Shown: positions 18,024 to 27,814, counted from the first letter of the stretch. The stretch: DNA of 32,000 bases from Synechocystis sp. PCC 6803 substr. PCC-P (GCF_000284455.1 NC_017039.1:420001-452000); one strand, 5' to 3'. Notes: generated from the letters alone by a model not told the origin. Made by a program: numbers and translations.

Positions 18024-19220
18024 ATGGCGACGATCGCCGAGATTAATGACAAACTCCGCCGGGGTAAAGCTACGGTTTGGACGGCAGAACAGGTTAAAGC
18101 CCAGGTGGCAGAACTGGGGGTGGCCAAGGTGGCGGCCATGGTAGACGTGGTCTGCACAGGAACTTTTGAACCAATGGAATCCTCCGGGGCGGTGATCAAC
18201 CTTGGACAAACGGACCCGCCGATTAAAATTCGTCAATGCTGGCTAGATGGCATTCCGGCCTACGCTGGCTTTGGAGCAGTGGATTTATATTTAGGAGCAA
18301 CAGCGGCGGCAGACATTACCAACACTGGCGATAATCCCAACGAAGGGGACGGGGTGGCGGAAAGGGGCGGCGGCCATATCATTGAAGATCTCATTGCTGG
18401 TAAGAGTATTCCCCTGCGGGCTGTGGGCCAGGGCACCGACTGCTATCCCCGCACTACCTTGGAAACGGTGATTAGCACCGACCGAATTAATCAGTTCTAC
18501 CTCTACAATCCCCGCAATCTTTACCAAAATTTTATCGTGGGCGTCAACGGTGGCGATCGCCTGTTATACACTTACCTGGGGCCCCTGCAACCCCGCTTGG
18601 GCAATGCGGTTTATTCCAACCCAGGCGCCATTGGTCCCCTGTTTAACGATCCTCTCCTCCAGGCGATCGGCATTGGCACCAAAATCTTCCTGGGGGGCGG
18701 TGTCGGTTACATTGCCTGGGAAGGCACCCAACATTTTCCTCTGCAAAAACGTTTGCCCAACCACACCCCCATCGGCCCGGCGGCTACCCTAGCCCTCATT
18801 GGGGATGCCAAACAAATGGATGCCCATTGGGTGCGAGGTTGTTATCTAAAAAACTATGGTCCTTCTTTAATGTTGGGGGTGGGGGTGCCCATTCCTGTGT
18901 TGAATGAACAGGTAATTGAGCAATGTGCTGTCAAAGATGAGGACATCGTGGCTCCGGTGGTGGATTTTTCCATTCCCCGTCGGGTCAGGCCCACCTTTGG
19001 TTTGGTTACCTACGGCCAACTCAAAAGCGGCAAAATTACCATCGAAGGCAAAACGGTGCGGGTGGCTCCCTTGGCCAGCATTGCCCGCTCCAGGGAAGTG
19101 GCGGAAACCCTCAAAGCTTGGCTAGACGCTGGCACCTTTGCCCTCACGGAACCGGTGGCTCCCCTGCCCACCGACCGCATGTTTCTCGCCCAGGACCCCA
19201 TCGGCAATTTGTCGATTTAG
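18024..19220 (+). CDS. Homocysteine biosynthesis (HcyBio, former DUF39) family protein
   Basis: MATIAEINDKLRRGKATVWTAEQ, GTFEPMESSGAVINLG, GGGHIIEDLIAGK, GTGGxGYxxxxGTQH-like GGGVGYIAWEGTQHFP, LIGDAKQMD. Confidence 0.85.
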   Translation: MATIAEINDKLRRGKATVWTAEQVKAQVAELGVAKVAAMVDVVCTGTFEPMESSGAVINLGQTDPPIKIRQCWLDGIPAYAGFGAVDLYLGATAAADITNTGDNPNEGDGVAERGGGHIIEDLIAGKSIPLRAVGQGTDCYPRTTLETVISTDRINQFYLYNPRNLYQNFIVGVNGGDRLLYTYLGPLQPRLGNAVYSNPGAIGPLFNDPLLQAIGIGTKIFLGGGVGYIAWEGTQHFPLQKRLPNHTPIGPAATLALIGDAKQMDAHWVRGCYLKNYGPSLMLGVGVPIPVLNEQVIEQCAVKDEDIVAPVVDFSIPRRVRPTFGLVTYGQLKSGKITIEGKTVRVAPLASIARSREVAETLKAWLDAGTFALTEPVAPLPTDRMFLAQDPIGNLSI

Positions 19221-19285
19221 GTTAACCATGGTTTGGTTTGAAAAAAATGAATTTTCCCTAGAGTGCAATCAAGTCTTAGCTGAAA

Positions 19286-20545
19286 TTAAGAATGCACCAC
19301 CCGATGGTCTGGGTTAATTAAGCGGAAAAACTTTTGCTTCAACTGGCGATCGAACACTTCCCATTTGAGTTTGGTATATTCCGCCTGGTCATTGCATCCT
19401 GTTAGGAAGCCCACCGGAATTTCAAAGCCGCCGGCCATATCCCGGCCACCGCCATAGTAGCGTCCTGTACCATCCATGCCGAGACTATCTTTTAAAAATT
19501 CATCGGGGTCTAGGGTCAACTTATTGGTGCGGAGGGAACCAATGACCAACTCAATATCATTGGCCCGGTCATGGACAATACCGTAAACCAAAGCAGTGTG
19601 TACGTTCTCCTCTGAAACCAAAAAGTCCGCCGCTTGGGGAATGGCGTCCCGTTCTTCGTAGCGGAGATAACCTACCCCCGCCAAAGAAAAGTTATTTTGT
19701 ACGACTCGGTTTTGCAAAGACCGCTCTATTACTTCCATCACCCGTTTGGAGCGGGCTGATTGTAACACCGCATTGAGTAACTGGGCATCATAAATGCGAC
19801 TGAGGTAGGCTGCCGCCATAAACTCCGCTTCCTGGGCCTGAAGTAAATTGATGGTGTCAGAACGCAGTCCATGCATCAAGGCCGTGGCGCATTTTACGTG
19901 GGTGGGGTTACTGCTGTTGAAATCCAACATGCCCCCCTGGAGATATTCCGTCAAAATGGTGGCAGTGGAACGACTGCTGGGACGAATATCCACAAAGGCA
20001 CCTTCCGCTTCTACCTCGTCCTGCGGACTATGGTGATCAATAATCACCACAACGGGAATATTAGCTTCCTGTACTAAAGGCATCAGTTGACTATTGGTGC
20101 CCTGGCTATCCACCAGCACACAGCCTTGGTAATCAGAGAGGTCAATATCCTTGAGCATTTGCGGCCCCCAGCGCTTGGCAGGCAGGCCGGTTAACTTCAC
20201 TAAAGCAATATTTTCCTGGTGGGAAAGGGTGCCTGCATAGACAATATCGCACTGAATTTCGTACTGGGCTGCAATCAGTTGAAATGCCCAGGCACTAGAG
20301 AGAGCGTCAGGGTCAGGAAAGTCCTGGATGACCAAAATCAACCGTTGCCCCTGGTGCCCTTCCAAGTGATGCTGGAGTTTGATAATTTGGGCTGTGTTAG
20401 CGGCGGGGATACGGGGAGAGACGACGTCGGCGGAGGCAATACTCCTCTGGGCGCTGATCTGCTGAGGGGAAGAAACAATGCTGGATTCCGGGACAGAAAG
20501 AGAAGGACTGTTACCAGGCTGGGAGGAAACAGAAGCCATTGCCAA
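19286..20545 (-). CDS. DHH/DHHA1 family phosphoesterase-like protein (NrnA-related, divergent)
   Basis: DFPDPDALSSAWA, VIIDHHSPQDEVEAEGAFVDIRPSSRSTATIL, GLRSDTINL, GRYYGGGRDMAGGFEIPVGF. Confidence 0.87.
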   Translation of the reverse strand: MAMASVSSQPGNSPSLSVPESSIVSSPQQISAQRSIASADVVSPRIPAANTAQIIKLQHHLEGHQGQRLILVIQDFPDPDALSSAWAFQLIAAQYEIQCDIVYAGTLSHQENIALVKLTGLPAKRWGPQMLKDIDLSDYQGCVLVDSQGTNSQLMPLVQEANIPVVVIIDHHSPQDEVEAEGAFVDIRPSSRSTATILTEYLQGGMLDFNSSNPTHVKCATALMHGLRSDTINLLQAQEAEFMAAAYLSRIYDAQLLNAVLQSARSKRVMEVIERSLQNRVVQNNFSLAGVGYLRYEERDAIPQAADFLVSEENVHTALVYGIVHDRANDIELVIGSLRTNKLTLDPDEFLKDSLGMDGTGRYYGGGRDMAGGFEIPVGFLTGCNDQAEYTKLKWEVFDRQLKQKFFRLINPDHRVVHS

Positions 20546-20711
20546 AAACTAAGATAGGAGAGGGTATTAAATAGATCATAACATTGAGTCCAAACACCCC
20601 CATCCATGGGTGGAATCTGTCAGGTTCCAACCATTTTCCCCCTGGAGTGACAGAGGAAATTATCAGGAAATAAATGGGTTACCGATGCTCACTAAGATGC
20701 TTACTAAATAG

Positions 20712-22088
20712 TTACCAAGGACTACTAAGCATAGTGAAGGATGCCCAGTAGTAAGGAGCCGAAAAATTCGTTTGCCCCAGATTGATTAGGGATGGGGGTA
20801 AGGCGATCGCCCCCCGGGAAATGCCCGATTGTTCCAGTCCAGCAGTTAATTCTCCTCGGAGCATTTTCAGTTGGGCTTGGCGCAGGGCTTCGGCCTTGGT
20901 GGAAGTTTGACCCAATTGACGGTAGAACTCAGTCATCAGCACTAGGGTAGCAGCATCGTCTACGTTCCAAAAACTGGCGACGGCCGATTTAACCCCGGCT
21001 TTGAGGGCTAGGCCAGCAAAACCCAGTTCCGCTTGGTCGTCCCCGAGGGCGGTTTGGCAAGCACTGAGCACCAATAATTCCACCGCTGAAGATTGCCAAT
21101 TTATTTGACTGACTTTGTTTAAAGCCAATTTATCGTTCCAAAATTCGATATAGGAGTTGGCTGGTTTACCGGAGCGGAAGGAAGAATGGGTGGCTAAATG
21201 AACAATGCTGGGACGTTTTTGCTCTAGCTCCTTTTGCAGGCGATCGACCGTAAAATCCTGGTTGAGGAAGGTTTCTGCCTGCCAACGGTCTGCCGCCGGA
21301 CGATTGATTGCCATTTCCCAGACAATATTTTCCAATTCCACTGGCACTGCCGGCAAAGGACTTTGGTCAGCAAACTCCGATGCCCCCATGGCCAAAATAT
21401 TGCCGGGCTGGAGTGGTTTATAGTTACTGTCAATTAAATTGAAAGCCGGAATGTTGGTCAGGCTATATTTCTCCAGGAGATATTCCTCCCCATCAAATAG
21501 GGCCGCCATGGGTAAACCCCGCACCCCATTGCCCAGACAAAAGAGCAGGGTGTCAATGCCTTGGGCTTCTAGGGTTTCAGCATAGGGGGCAATAATCCAT
21601 TGGTACAATTGCTGGGATGCCTCCCGGCGATTGACGGTTTGGGAGAGTTGCAATTCCCGCTGAAAAGTTGACACCACAGGCCTTAATACCGCCTCCGGTA
21701 CGTCATGCAAATCCACCACAATGGGGTCTAGGTCAGGGGTGACTAGTACTAAATGTAAAAATTCTTTTTCCGGAATAATCCACAACACTGCTGGTTTTTT
21801 GCCGGTTTCTGCCGTGATTTTCTGCAGAGTAAGGGCAATATCTTCTGGGGTTTGGGTCACTTCGGCCAGACTTTCACCAAAATAGGCGGCAAACTCCTGT
21901 TCCCGGGCTTTTTCCATGGCGACAATTTTTTCGCTCAGGGTTTGGGCAAAGGCGGGGGCCATACTGAAACTAGCCAAGGTCAATCCCATGCCCACCGCCA
22001 TCAATTTGTTCAGCAAAGATCTCGACAAACCCCGGCGATCGCCAGAAGCTGATTGGCCCATAGCCCTGCTGTGTGTGGTAGTTTTCAT
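20712..22088 (-). CDS. Exported CHAT-domain (caspase-like) protein
   Basis: Signal-like N-terminus (MAVGMGLTLASFSMAPAFAQ); CHAT catalytic pair in IVHLATHSSFRSG and LLVLSACQTALG, followed by GLALKAGVKSAVASFWNVDD. Confidence 0.9.
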   Translation of the reverse strand: MKTTTHSRAMGQSASGDRRGLSRSLLNKLMAVGMGLTLASFSMAPAFAQTLSEKIVAMEKAREQEFAAYFGESLAEVTQTPEDIALTLQKITAETGKKPAVLWIIPEKEFLHLVLVTPDLDPIVVDLHDVPEAVLRPVVSTFQRELQLSQTVNRREASQQLYQWIIAPYAETLEAQGIDTLLFCLGNGVRGLPMAALFDGEEYLLEKYSLTNIPAFNLIDSNYKPLQPGNILAMGASEFADQSPLPAVPVELENIVWEMAINRPAADRWQAETFLNQDFTVDRLQKELEQKRPSIVHLATHSSFRSGKPANSYIEFWNDKLALNKVSQINWQSSAVELLVLSACQTALGDDQAELGFAGLALKAGVKSAVASFWNVDDAATLVLMTEFYRQLGQTSTKAEALRQAQLKMLRGELTAGLEQSGISRGAIALPPSLINLGQTNFSAPYYWASFTMLSSPW

Positions 22089-22265
22089 TTTTAGTCCCCT
22101 TGGTTTGGGGCGATTCCTGATTAAGATTTTCTTTGACTACGGTGGGAATCACTACCCTTCAACATTACTAGTTGATTTTCCCAGAAATTATGCCAATTCT
22201 GGAGATTCCTTTGTTATCTTCGTAGGTAATTAGAAAATTCTATAAACCCAGCCCTTACCATCATA

Positions 22266-24035
22266 ATGTCGGAACTTAGCCTGGCCCATCAGGATTACCC
22301 CGTTGACGACCTCGAACAATTATTAAGTATTCTGCCCAAACCCATCCAAGCCATCATCGCCGAACACCCCCAGCGGCAACAGTTAGTGGAAGTAGTCATG
22401 GACCTAGGGCGCTTACCGGAAGCACGTTTTCCCGGCACTGCAGTCTATTTGGGCCATGAACCGATCGCCAAGGAGGATTTACAGTACGCCATTGACCGGG
22501 TAGGGCTATTTAGCAGTGATAACCGGGCTGGCATTGAAAGGACCCTGCACCGCATCAGTGCCATCCGCAACCGCACCAACGAAATTATCGGCTTGACCTG
22601 TCGGGTAGGCCGGGCGGTGTTCGGCACCATTAACCTCATCCAAGACCTGGTGGAAACAGGGGAATCGTTACTGCTGCTCGGGCGACCGGGGGTGGGAAAA
22701 ACCACTGCCCTACGGGAAATTGCCCGGGTACTAGCGGATGATTTGCACAAACGGGTGGTGATCATCGACACTTCCAACGAAATTGCTGGGGACGGGGACA
22801 TTCCCCATCCGGCGATCGGTCGGGCCCGGAGAATGCAGGTGGCTAGGCCAGAACTGCAACATCAGGTGATGATTGAGGCAGTGGAAAACCATATGCCGGA
22901 AGTGATCGTCATCGACGAAATTGGTACGGAATTGGAAGCTTTAGCTGCCCGCACCATTGCCGAACGGGGAGTGCAGTTGGTGGGCACAGCCCACGGTAAC
23001 CGTCTAGAAAATTTGATTAAAAATCCCACCCTTTCCGACCTGGTGGGGGGTATCCAAGCAGTGACTCTTGGGGATGAGGAAGCCCGGCGGCGGGGTTCCC
23101 AAAAAACTGTGCTGGAAAGGAAAGCTCCCCCGACTTTTTCCATGGCGGTGGAGATGTTGGAGCGGCAAAAATGGACTATCCACAGCGATGTGGCCTTGAC
23201 CATTGATAATCTGTTGCGGGGCCGGCCTCCGGTGGAACAGTTGCGGTATATGAATGAGCAAGGGGAGCTACAAATCGAAACGGTGGAAGCCCAGCCCCAG
23301 GAAAGAACGCCCCAACCCCCTCCCTATTTTTCCTTGGGTTTAGTGGACGATCGACAGTTGCGCCCAAGACCTACGGGTTTACGTTCCACTGGGCGGATGA
23401 AACCCCAAGCTCCCCTCCATGCCAACGCTGACCAAGTGCGAGATTTTGAGCGGTTACTGGAGCAGTCCTGGCAACAGTGGGAAGGAGATGATGAACCAAA
23501 GATCCGGGTGCCGGGGCCCAACGGCGAAGATTTACCGGTTTATGTTTATCCCTATGGCGTCGGGCGATCGCAGTTAGACCAGGTGATTGATATCTTGCAA
23601 TTACCGGTGGCGGTTACCAAGGATGTACACCAGGCCGATGCAGTGTTAGCCCTGCGTTCCCACGTCAAGGGCAACCAAAAATTACGACAGATGGCCAAGG
23701 GCATCCAGGTGCCTATTTATGGGGTTAAATCCAACACCATTCCCCAAATTAGCCGGGCCCTGAAACGGATTTTGGGCATGGATGAACCCCACAAAGCCGA
23801 AGCGGCGGATCTACGTTTGTTCACCCGCAGTGGCAGTAACGACGAATTGGAAGCGCTGGAGGAAGCCAGGTTAGCTGTGGAGCAAATTGTCATTCCCACA
23901 GGGCAACCGGTGGAGCTGCTACCCCGATCGCCCCATGTGCGGAAAATGCAACATGAACTGGTGGAACATTACCGTTTGCAGTCGGATAGCTTTGGCGATG
24001 AACCCAACCGTCGCCTAAGGATTTATCCTGCTTAG
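22266..24035 (+). CDS. ycf45: Ycf45-like AAA ATPase, probable C-terminal R3H nucleic-acid-binding domain
   Basis: Walker A LLLGRPGVGKTTALREIARVLA, Walker B EVIVIDEIGTELEALAARTIAERGVQLVGTAHG; C-terminal VRKMQHELVEHYRLQSDSFGDEPNRRLRIY is R3H-like. Confidence 0.9.
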   Translation: MSELSLAHQDYPVDDLEQLLSILPKPIQAIIAEHPQRQQLVEVVMDLGRLPEARFPGTAVYLGHEPIAKEDLQYAIDRVGLFSSDNRAGIERTLHRISAIRNRTNEIIGLTCRVGRAVFGTINLIQDLVETGESLLLLGRPGVGKTTALREIARVLADDLHKRVVIIDTSNEIAGDGDIPHPAIGRARRMQVARPELQHQVMIEAVENHMPEVIVIDEIGTELEALAARTIAERGVQLVGTAHGNRLENLIKNPTLSDLVGGIQAVTLGDEEARRRGSQKTVLERKAPPTFSMAVEMLERQKWTIHSDVALTIDNLLRGRPPVEQLRYMNEQGELQIETVEAQPQERTPQPPPYFSLGLVDDRQLRPRPTGLRSTGRMKPQAPLHANADQVRDFERLLEQSWQQWEGDDEPKIRVPGPNGEDLPVYVYPYGVGRSQLDQVIDILQLPVAVTKDVHQADAVLALRSHVKGNQKLRQMAKGIQVPIYGVKSNTIPQISRALKRILGMDEPHKAEAADLRLFTRSGSNDELEALEEARLAVEQIVIPTGQPVELLPRSPHVRKMQHELVEHYRLQSDSFGDEPNRRLRIYPA

Positions 24036-25046
24036 TTGGGTTAACAGTTGCGCTGTGGCCTGGGTGGGATTGGTGGTCTCCATGATGGCCCGGACGATCG
24101 CCACCTGGGTTGCCCCGGCCTCCATTACTTCCCCTAAGTTCTCCCCGTCAATGCCGCCAATGGCAAACCAAGGGACCGGAGAGTTGGTGACCGCATACTG
24201 CACATACTCCAAACCAGCGGGTTTTTTCCCAGCTTTAGTAGGAGTGGCATAGACAGGGCCCACGCCAATGTAGTCTGCTCCTTCGGCGATCGCCTTGGCC
24301 ATTTCTTCTGGATTGGTGGTGGAGCGACCAATGATTTTATCAGGGCCCAATAGTTGACGAGCCACCGCTATGGGTAAATCCTGCTGTCCCAAATGCACCC
24401 CATCGGCATCCACCGCTAGGGCTAAATCGACCCGGTCGTTGACTAGAAACAGCGCTTCATACTGTCGGCACAATTCCCGTAAATCCTTAGCCCGTTGCCA
24501 CCGTAACTGATCCTCCGCATCTTTATCCCGGTACTGGACTAACTTTAATCCCCCTTGCAGAGCCGCTTCCACTGTAGCTAGCAGATTTTCCTGGGGAGAA
24601 GTGACTAGGTAAAGGGAACATTGTTGCAATCTTTGTACTAATTTGGATCCCAACAACCCACTTTCCAAGGCATAAACCCGATAGCGTAACTGCTTACAAC
24701 AGGCTCCCATGGCCGGGTCTCGCAGTTTGCCGTACTCCTCCAGCACCCTTAACGCCTCTTCTACCCGACAGAGATTGGCTTGTAACAGAGCTCGCACATC
24801 AGTACGCAGAGCTTCCTGGGCATGGGTCAACTGGGTGCCCACATCATTAGGGGTGTCCCGGGCCGCCCGCAGATCATCCTGGTGCCAAGGAGCCAAAGCT
24901 TGCCGCAGTTGTTTACATTCCTCCGCCAGTTCCCGATTTTCCAGGGCAAAACGACACCATTCCTCCACCGTCCGCAACCCTTCCCGGGCCCGGTTCAAAT
25001 TGGCATCCAAAATTCTGGCGATCGCCGTGGGGGAAGCTTGTTGCAT
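24015..25046 (-). CDS. thiE: Thiamine-phosphate synthase with N-terminal ThiD2-type domain
   Basis: N-terminal RILDANLNRAREGLRTVEEWCRFALEN (ThiD2 pattern); ThiE barrel LVQYRDK, LFLVNDRVDLALAVDADGVHLGQQDLP, IGRSTTNPEEMAKAIAEGADYIGVGPVYATPTK. 3' end overlaps ycf45 by 21 bp. Confidence 0.95.
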   Translation of the reverse strand: MQQASPTAIARILDANLNRAREGLRTVEEWCRFALENRELAEECKQLRQALAPWHQDDLRAARDTPNDVGTQLTHAQEALRTDVRALLQANLCRVEEALRVLEEYGKLRDPAMGACCKQLRYRVYALESGLLGSKLVQRLQQCSLYLVTSPQENLLATVEAALQGGLKLVQYRDKDAEDQLRWQRAKDLRELCRQYEALFLVNDRVDLALAVDADGVHLGQQDLPIAVARQLLGPDKIIGRSTTNPEEMAKAIAEGADYIGVGPVYATPTKAGKKPAGLEYVQYAVTNSPVPWFAIGGIDGENLGEVMEAGATQVAIVRAIMETTNPTQATAQLLTQLSRINP

Positions 25047-25162
25047 CTGTTTAACTTAGATAGGAAAAAAGGAGATTTTTGCCATATTTGCCCCTCAAAT
25101 TGACACAAAGGCAACTCTTTTGGCCAAATCCAGCAAAATTTTGCAATTAAACGACAAAATCA

Positions 25163-26077
25163 TCAACAAACCACTGATTTTGTTCCAGCAGGGGCATCCA
25201 CCACGGTGGATTTACTAGGCTTGGACTTTAAACCCTCGGCCATGGCTTCAATGAAAGCGGACACCCGGATGGGGTCAATGGCTTCGTTAATATTGCCGTG
25301 ACGTTTGAGGGAACTGGCCACAATCACCCCATTGGCCGCCTGGATTAACTGACCAATATTGTCCTCGTCTGCCCCACTGCCAATGAAAACTGGAGTGCCC
25401 TTGGCGGCGTTGGTAGCTAACTCCAGATCTTCCAAATTAGGAGGACTGCCGGTGGCCCAGCCAGAGAGAATAATGCCATCGGCCAAGCCCCGCTCAATGG
25501 TGTCGGTAACAGCGGTGGTTAAATTAGGCGTACCCAAGGGTCGGGCGTGTTTAACCAGCACATCGGCCAAAATGGCCACATCACTGCTCAATTCCCGCCG
25601 ATAGCGCAATAGTTCATGGGCGTTGCCTTCGATTAAACCTTGATCCGTGGCCATCACCCCCGTGAGCACATTAACCCGGATAAATTTTGCCCCCACGCAA
25701 CTGGCGATCGCCAAGGCACTATGGGCATCGTTACGCAGAACGTTGATGCCCACCGGGGCCACCACCAAATTTTGCAGGCGATCGACAATTAAGGTCATGG
25801 CGCTGACCACCGCTGGATCTACCCTTTGTTTGGGAAAAGGGGCATCGAAAAAGTTTTCCACAATAATGCCATCCACCCCCCCAGCGGCAAGGGCCGTGGC
25901 TTCTTGTTCCGCTCGCTCAATGACGGCGGTGAGATTGCCTCCCCAACGGGCCGAAGTTGGCAATGGTAGGAGGTGTACAACGCCAATAACAGGATTATGG
26001 GTCTGAAAAGTTTGAAATAAATCCACTGCACTCAATCCTAAACGCCCCTGGGTGCCGGTCGGGCCCTCGTTGTCCAA
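25163..26077 (-). CDS. btpA: BtpA family photosystem I biogenesis protein
   Basis: VIGVVHLLPLPTSARWGGN, ALAAGGVDGIIVENFFDAPF, APVGINVLRND, FIRVNVLTG, DGIILSGWATG, VFIGSGADEDN. Confidence 0.93.
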   Translation of the reverse strand: MDNEGPTGTQGRLGLSAVDLFQTFQTHNPVIGVVHLLPLPTSARWGGNLTAVIERAEQEATALAAGGVDGIIVENFFDAPFPKQRVDPAVVSAMTLIVDRLQNLVVAPVGINVLRNDAHSALAIASCVGAKFIRVNVLTGVMATDQGLIEGNAHELLRYRRELSSDVAILADVLVKHARPLGTPNLTTAVTDTIERGLADGIILSGWATGSPPNLEDLELATNAAKGTPVFIGSGADEDNIGQLIQAANGVIVASSLKRHGNINEAIDPIRVSAFIEAMAEGLKSKPSKSTVVDAPAGTKSVVC

Positions 26078-26207
26078 GACAGGCGGGTTGTAAATTAAAC
26101 AAAGCTAAGCCAATTAAGAATTGTACCCTACCAGGGAAATTGACCGGGGGCCGGTTTCACCGCTCAGGGTATGATTTAGGGGATATGGCAGAATAAATCG
26201 TTGACCT

Positions 26208-26281
26208 GAGGTTGTAGCTCAGACGGATAGAGCAAGCGCCTCCTAAGCGCTGGGCCGCCGGTTCGACTCCGGCCAACCTCG
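26208..26281 (+). tRNA. tRNA-Arg (anticodon CCT)
   Basis: Complete cloverleaf: acceptor GAGGTTG/CAACCTC, D-stem GCTC/GAGC, anticodon stem AGCGC/GCGCT with loop CTCCTAA, T-arm GCCGG-TTCGACT-CCGGC, discriminator G. 74 nt, CCA not encoded. Confidence 0.96.
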
Positions 26282-26331
26282 CTTCCTGTCTATCATTTTC
26301 CCTTTGCTGTCGACGTTTACTTCCCTAAACC

Positions 26332-26853
26332 ATGAGAAAAAGACTCACCCGTTTCCTTTCCCTGGCCCTGGTGCTGGGCCTACTCTGGTTTGGCACCGCC
26401 GCCTGCGCTAGTCAACCCCCTTCCCAATTTGACCAGGCCCAACAGGAGAGTACCCAACGGGGCGCCGATGCGGTCACAAAGGAATCCACCAAGGGAGGAG
26501 AATTTAACGTCTTTTTCCCCCAAGCTGAAGGGGAATATGAGCGGGTTTTTGCCCAGGAAAAACAAGGCTTTGCGGAAATTAAGCTCAAGCAAAATGGTCA
26601 AGATGTGGCGGTGATGTCCATCAATGACGTCAAAAATAATCCCACTGCGGCGAATAAATTTAAGGCTAGTACCCAGGCTATTGACGGTTTTCCCGTGGTG
26701 CAACAGGGTTCCACTGCTACTGCCCTATTGGTGGGCGATCGTTATCAGGTCAAGGTTTTGTCCCGATCGCCGTCTTTTACGCCCCAGGACCGGGAAGCTT
26801 GGTTGGGTCGATTTGACCTCAAGGGGCTAGAAAATTTGAGTGCCAGAAATTAA
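26332..26853 (+). CDS. Predicted lipoprotein of unknown function
   Basis: 173 aa; Type II signal peptide LALVLGLLWFGTAACAS with a lipobox-like TAAC. Confidence 0.75.
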   Translation: MRKRLTRFLSLALVLGLLWFGTAACASQPPSQFDQAQQESTQRGADAVTKESTKGGEFNVFFPQAEGEYERVFAQEKQGFAEIKLKQNGQDVAVMSINDVKNNPTAANKFKASTQAIDGFPVVQQGSTATALLVGDRYQVKVLSRSPSFTPQDREAWLGRFDLKGLENLSARN

Positions 26854-26908
26854 AACTGTTTGTAAAGTTGCCCCACCATAGTCAAGCGATTAAATAGGAG
26901 TTTTTCCC

Positions 26909-27796
26909 GTGAGTAAGCCAATCTTTAAGTTAGTGGATGACCTGCCTACGGGCGGGTTAACGGTGATGTTGCTCAATTCCCTCGATTTTGTCGTGCCGGG
27001 GCAATGGGAAAATTTGGTCGGTTTTGAAAATACGATCAAAAAGGTGACTGGGGAAACGGATCCTGCTCTGGTTAAACAAATTGGCGATCGGGCAGTGTGG
27101 CTGTTTAACGATAAGTCCCAGGGTTATCAAAATGCCCTTTGGCTTTACCAAACTGTGGACTCCACCGACAGTGCGTTGGGGGCGGCGGCCTTGGCTAATA
27201 AGGTGGGGGAAAGTGTTAATTTCCTCGGTTTTTTAAACAAAATTACCCCTAATCCCCAAAAAGCCCAGGCCATTGACCTGTCCATTAAGTTGGTGGCGGA
27301 ACTGGTGGCCTTCTGCCAAATTAACGGTATTCCCGGCAATAGCATTGGCGATTTTGTGCGTTCCCTGACGGATTACAGCGGTGAGTCCTTAATTCGCATG
27401 GCGGCCCTGATTAGCTTTGATGGCATTATTCCCTTTGGCCCCAGCTTTGTTCTAACTACCATGGACTTTTTGGAAAAGTTGACCCCCAAGGAGTTGGAGC
27501 AGAATAAGACCTTTGAGAAAATTAAGCCCCTCATTCCCGGCAATAGCACCAGCAGTCAACTGGATTTTATCGGTGAAAGTTTTGGATCTGTACAGGGCTG
27601 GATGACCAGTTTTGTCGGCGATCGCCAGCTTACGCGGGAGAAGTTGCTGGGGAAACTGCGGAATTTCATGGAGGTGACGGAGGACAAAATGGATTACCTG
27701 GCCGCCTTCATTGATATGTCCACCAATTACTACGAGCATACGGGCATTCAAACCTTGGCCCACCGTTTAATTGAGCGTGCGGTGGCAGAAATTTAA
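26909..27796 (+). CDS. Conserved hypothetical protein
   Basis: 295 aa ORF (SKPIFKLVDDLPTGGLTVMLLNSLDF...) with no overlapping alternatives of comparable quality. Confidence 0.7.
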   Translation: MSKPIFKLVDDLPTGGLTVMLLNSLDFVVPGQWENLVGFENTIKKVTGETDPALVKQIGDRAVWLFNDKSQGYQNALWLYQTVDSTDSALGAAALANKVGESVNFLGFLNKITPNPQKAQAIDLSIKLVAELVAFCQINGIPGNSIGDFVRSLTDYSGESLIRMAALISFDGIIPFGPSFVLTTMDFLEKLTPKELEQNKTFEKIKPLIPGNSTSSQLDFIGESFGSVQGWMTSFVGDRQLTREKLLGKLRNFMEVTEDKMDYLAAFIDMSTNYYEHTGIQTLAHRLIERAVAEI

Positions 27797-27814
27797 CCCC
27801 AAGCTCTTATAGCT

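Noticed and set aside
19228-19317. 29-codon ORF (MVWFEKNEFSLECNQVLAEIKNAPPDGLG) between the HcyBio and DHH genes
   Set aside because: Too short to support; overlaps the 3' end of the DHH gene; no ribosome-binding or conservation evidence available.
20712-22088. CHAT protein considered as part of a Craspase/TPR-CHAT or other defence island
   Set aside because: No CRISPR array, Cas gene, gasdermin-like or TPR partner nearby; neighbours are core genes.
21205-22233. Plus-strand ORFs 21205-21437, 21852-22052 and 21916-22233 opposite the CHAT gene
   Set aside because: Overlap a well-supported CHAT CDS in antisense; the hydrophobic tail of 21916-22233 is insufficient evidence for a real gene.
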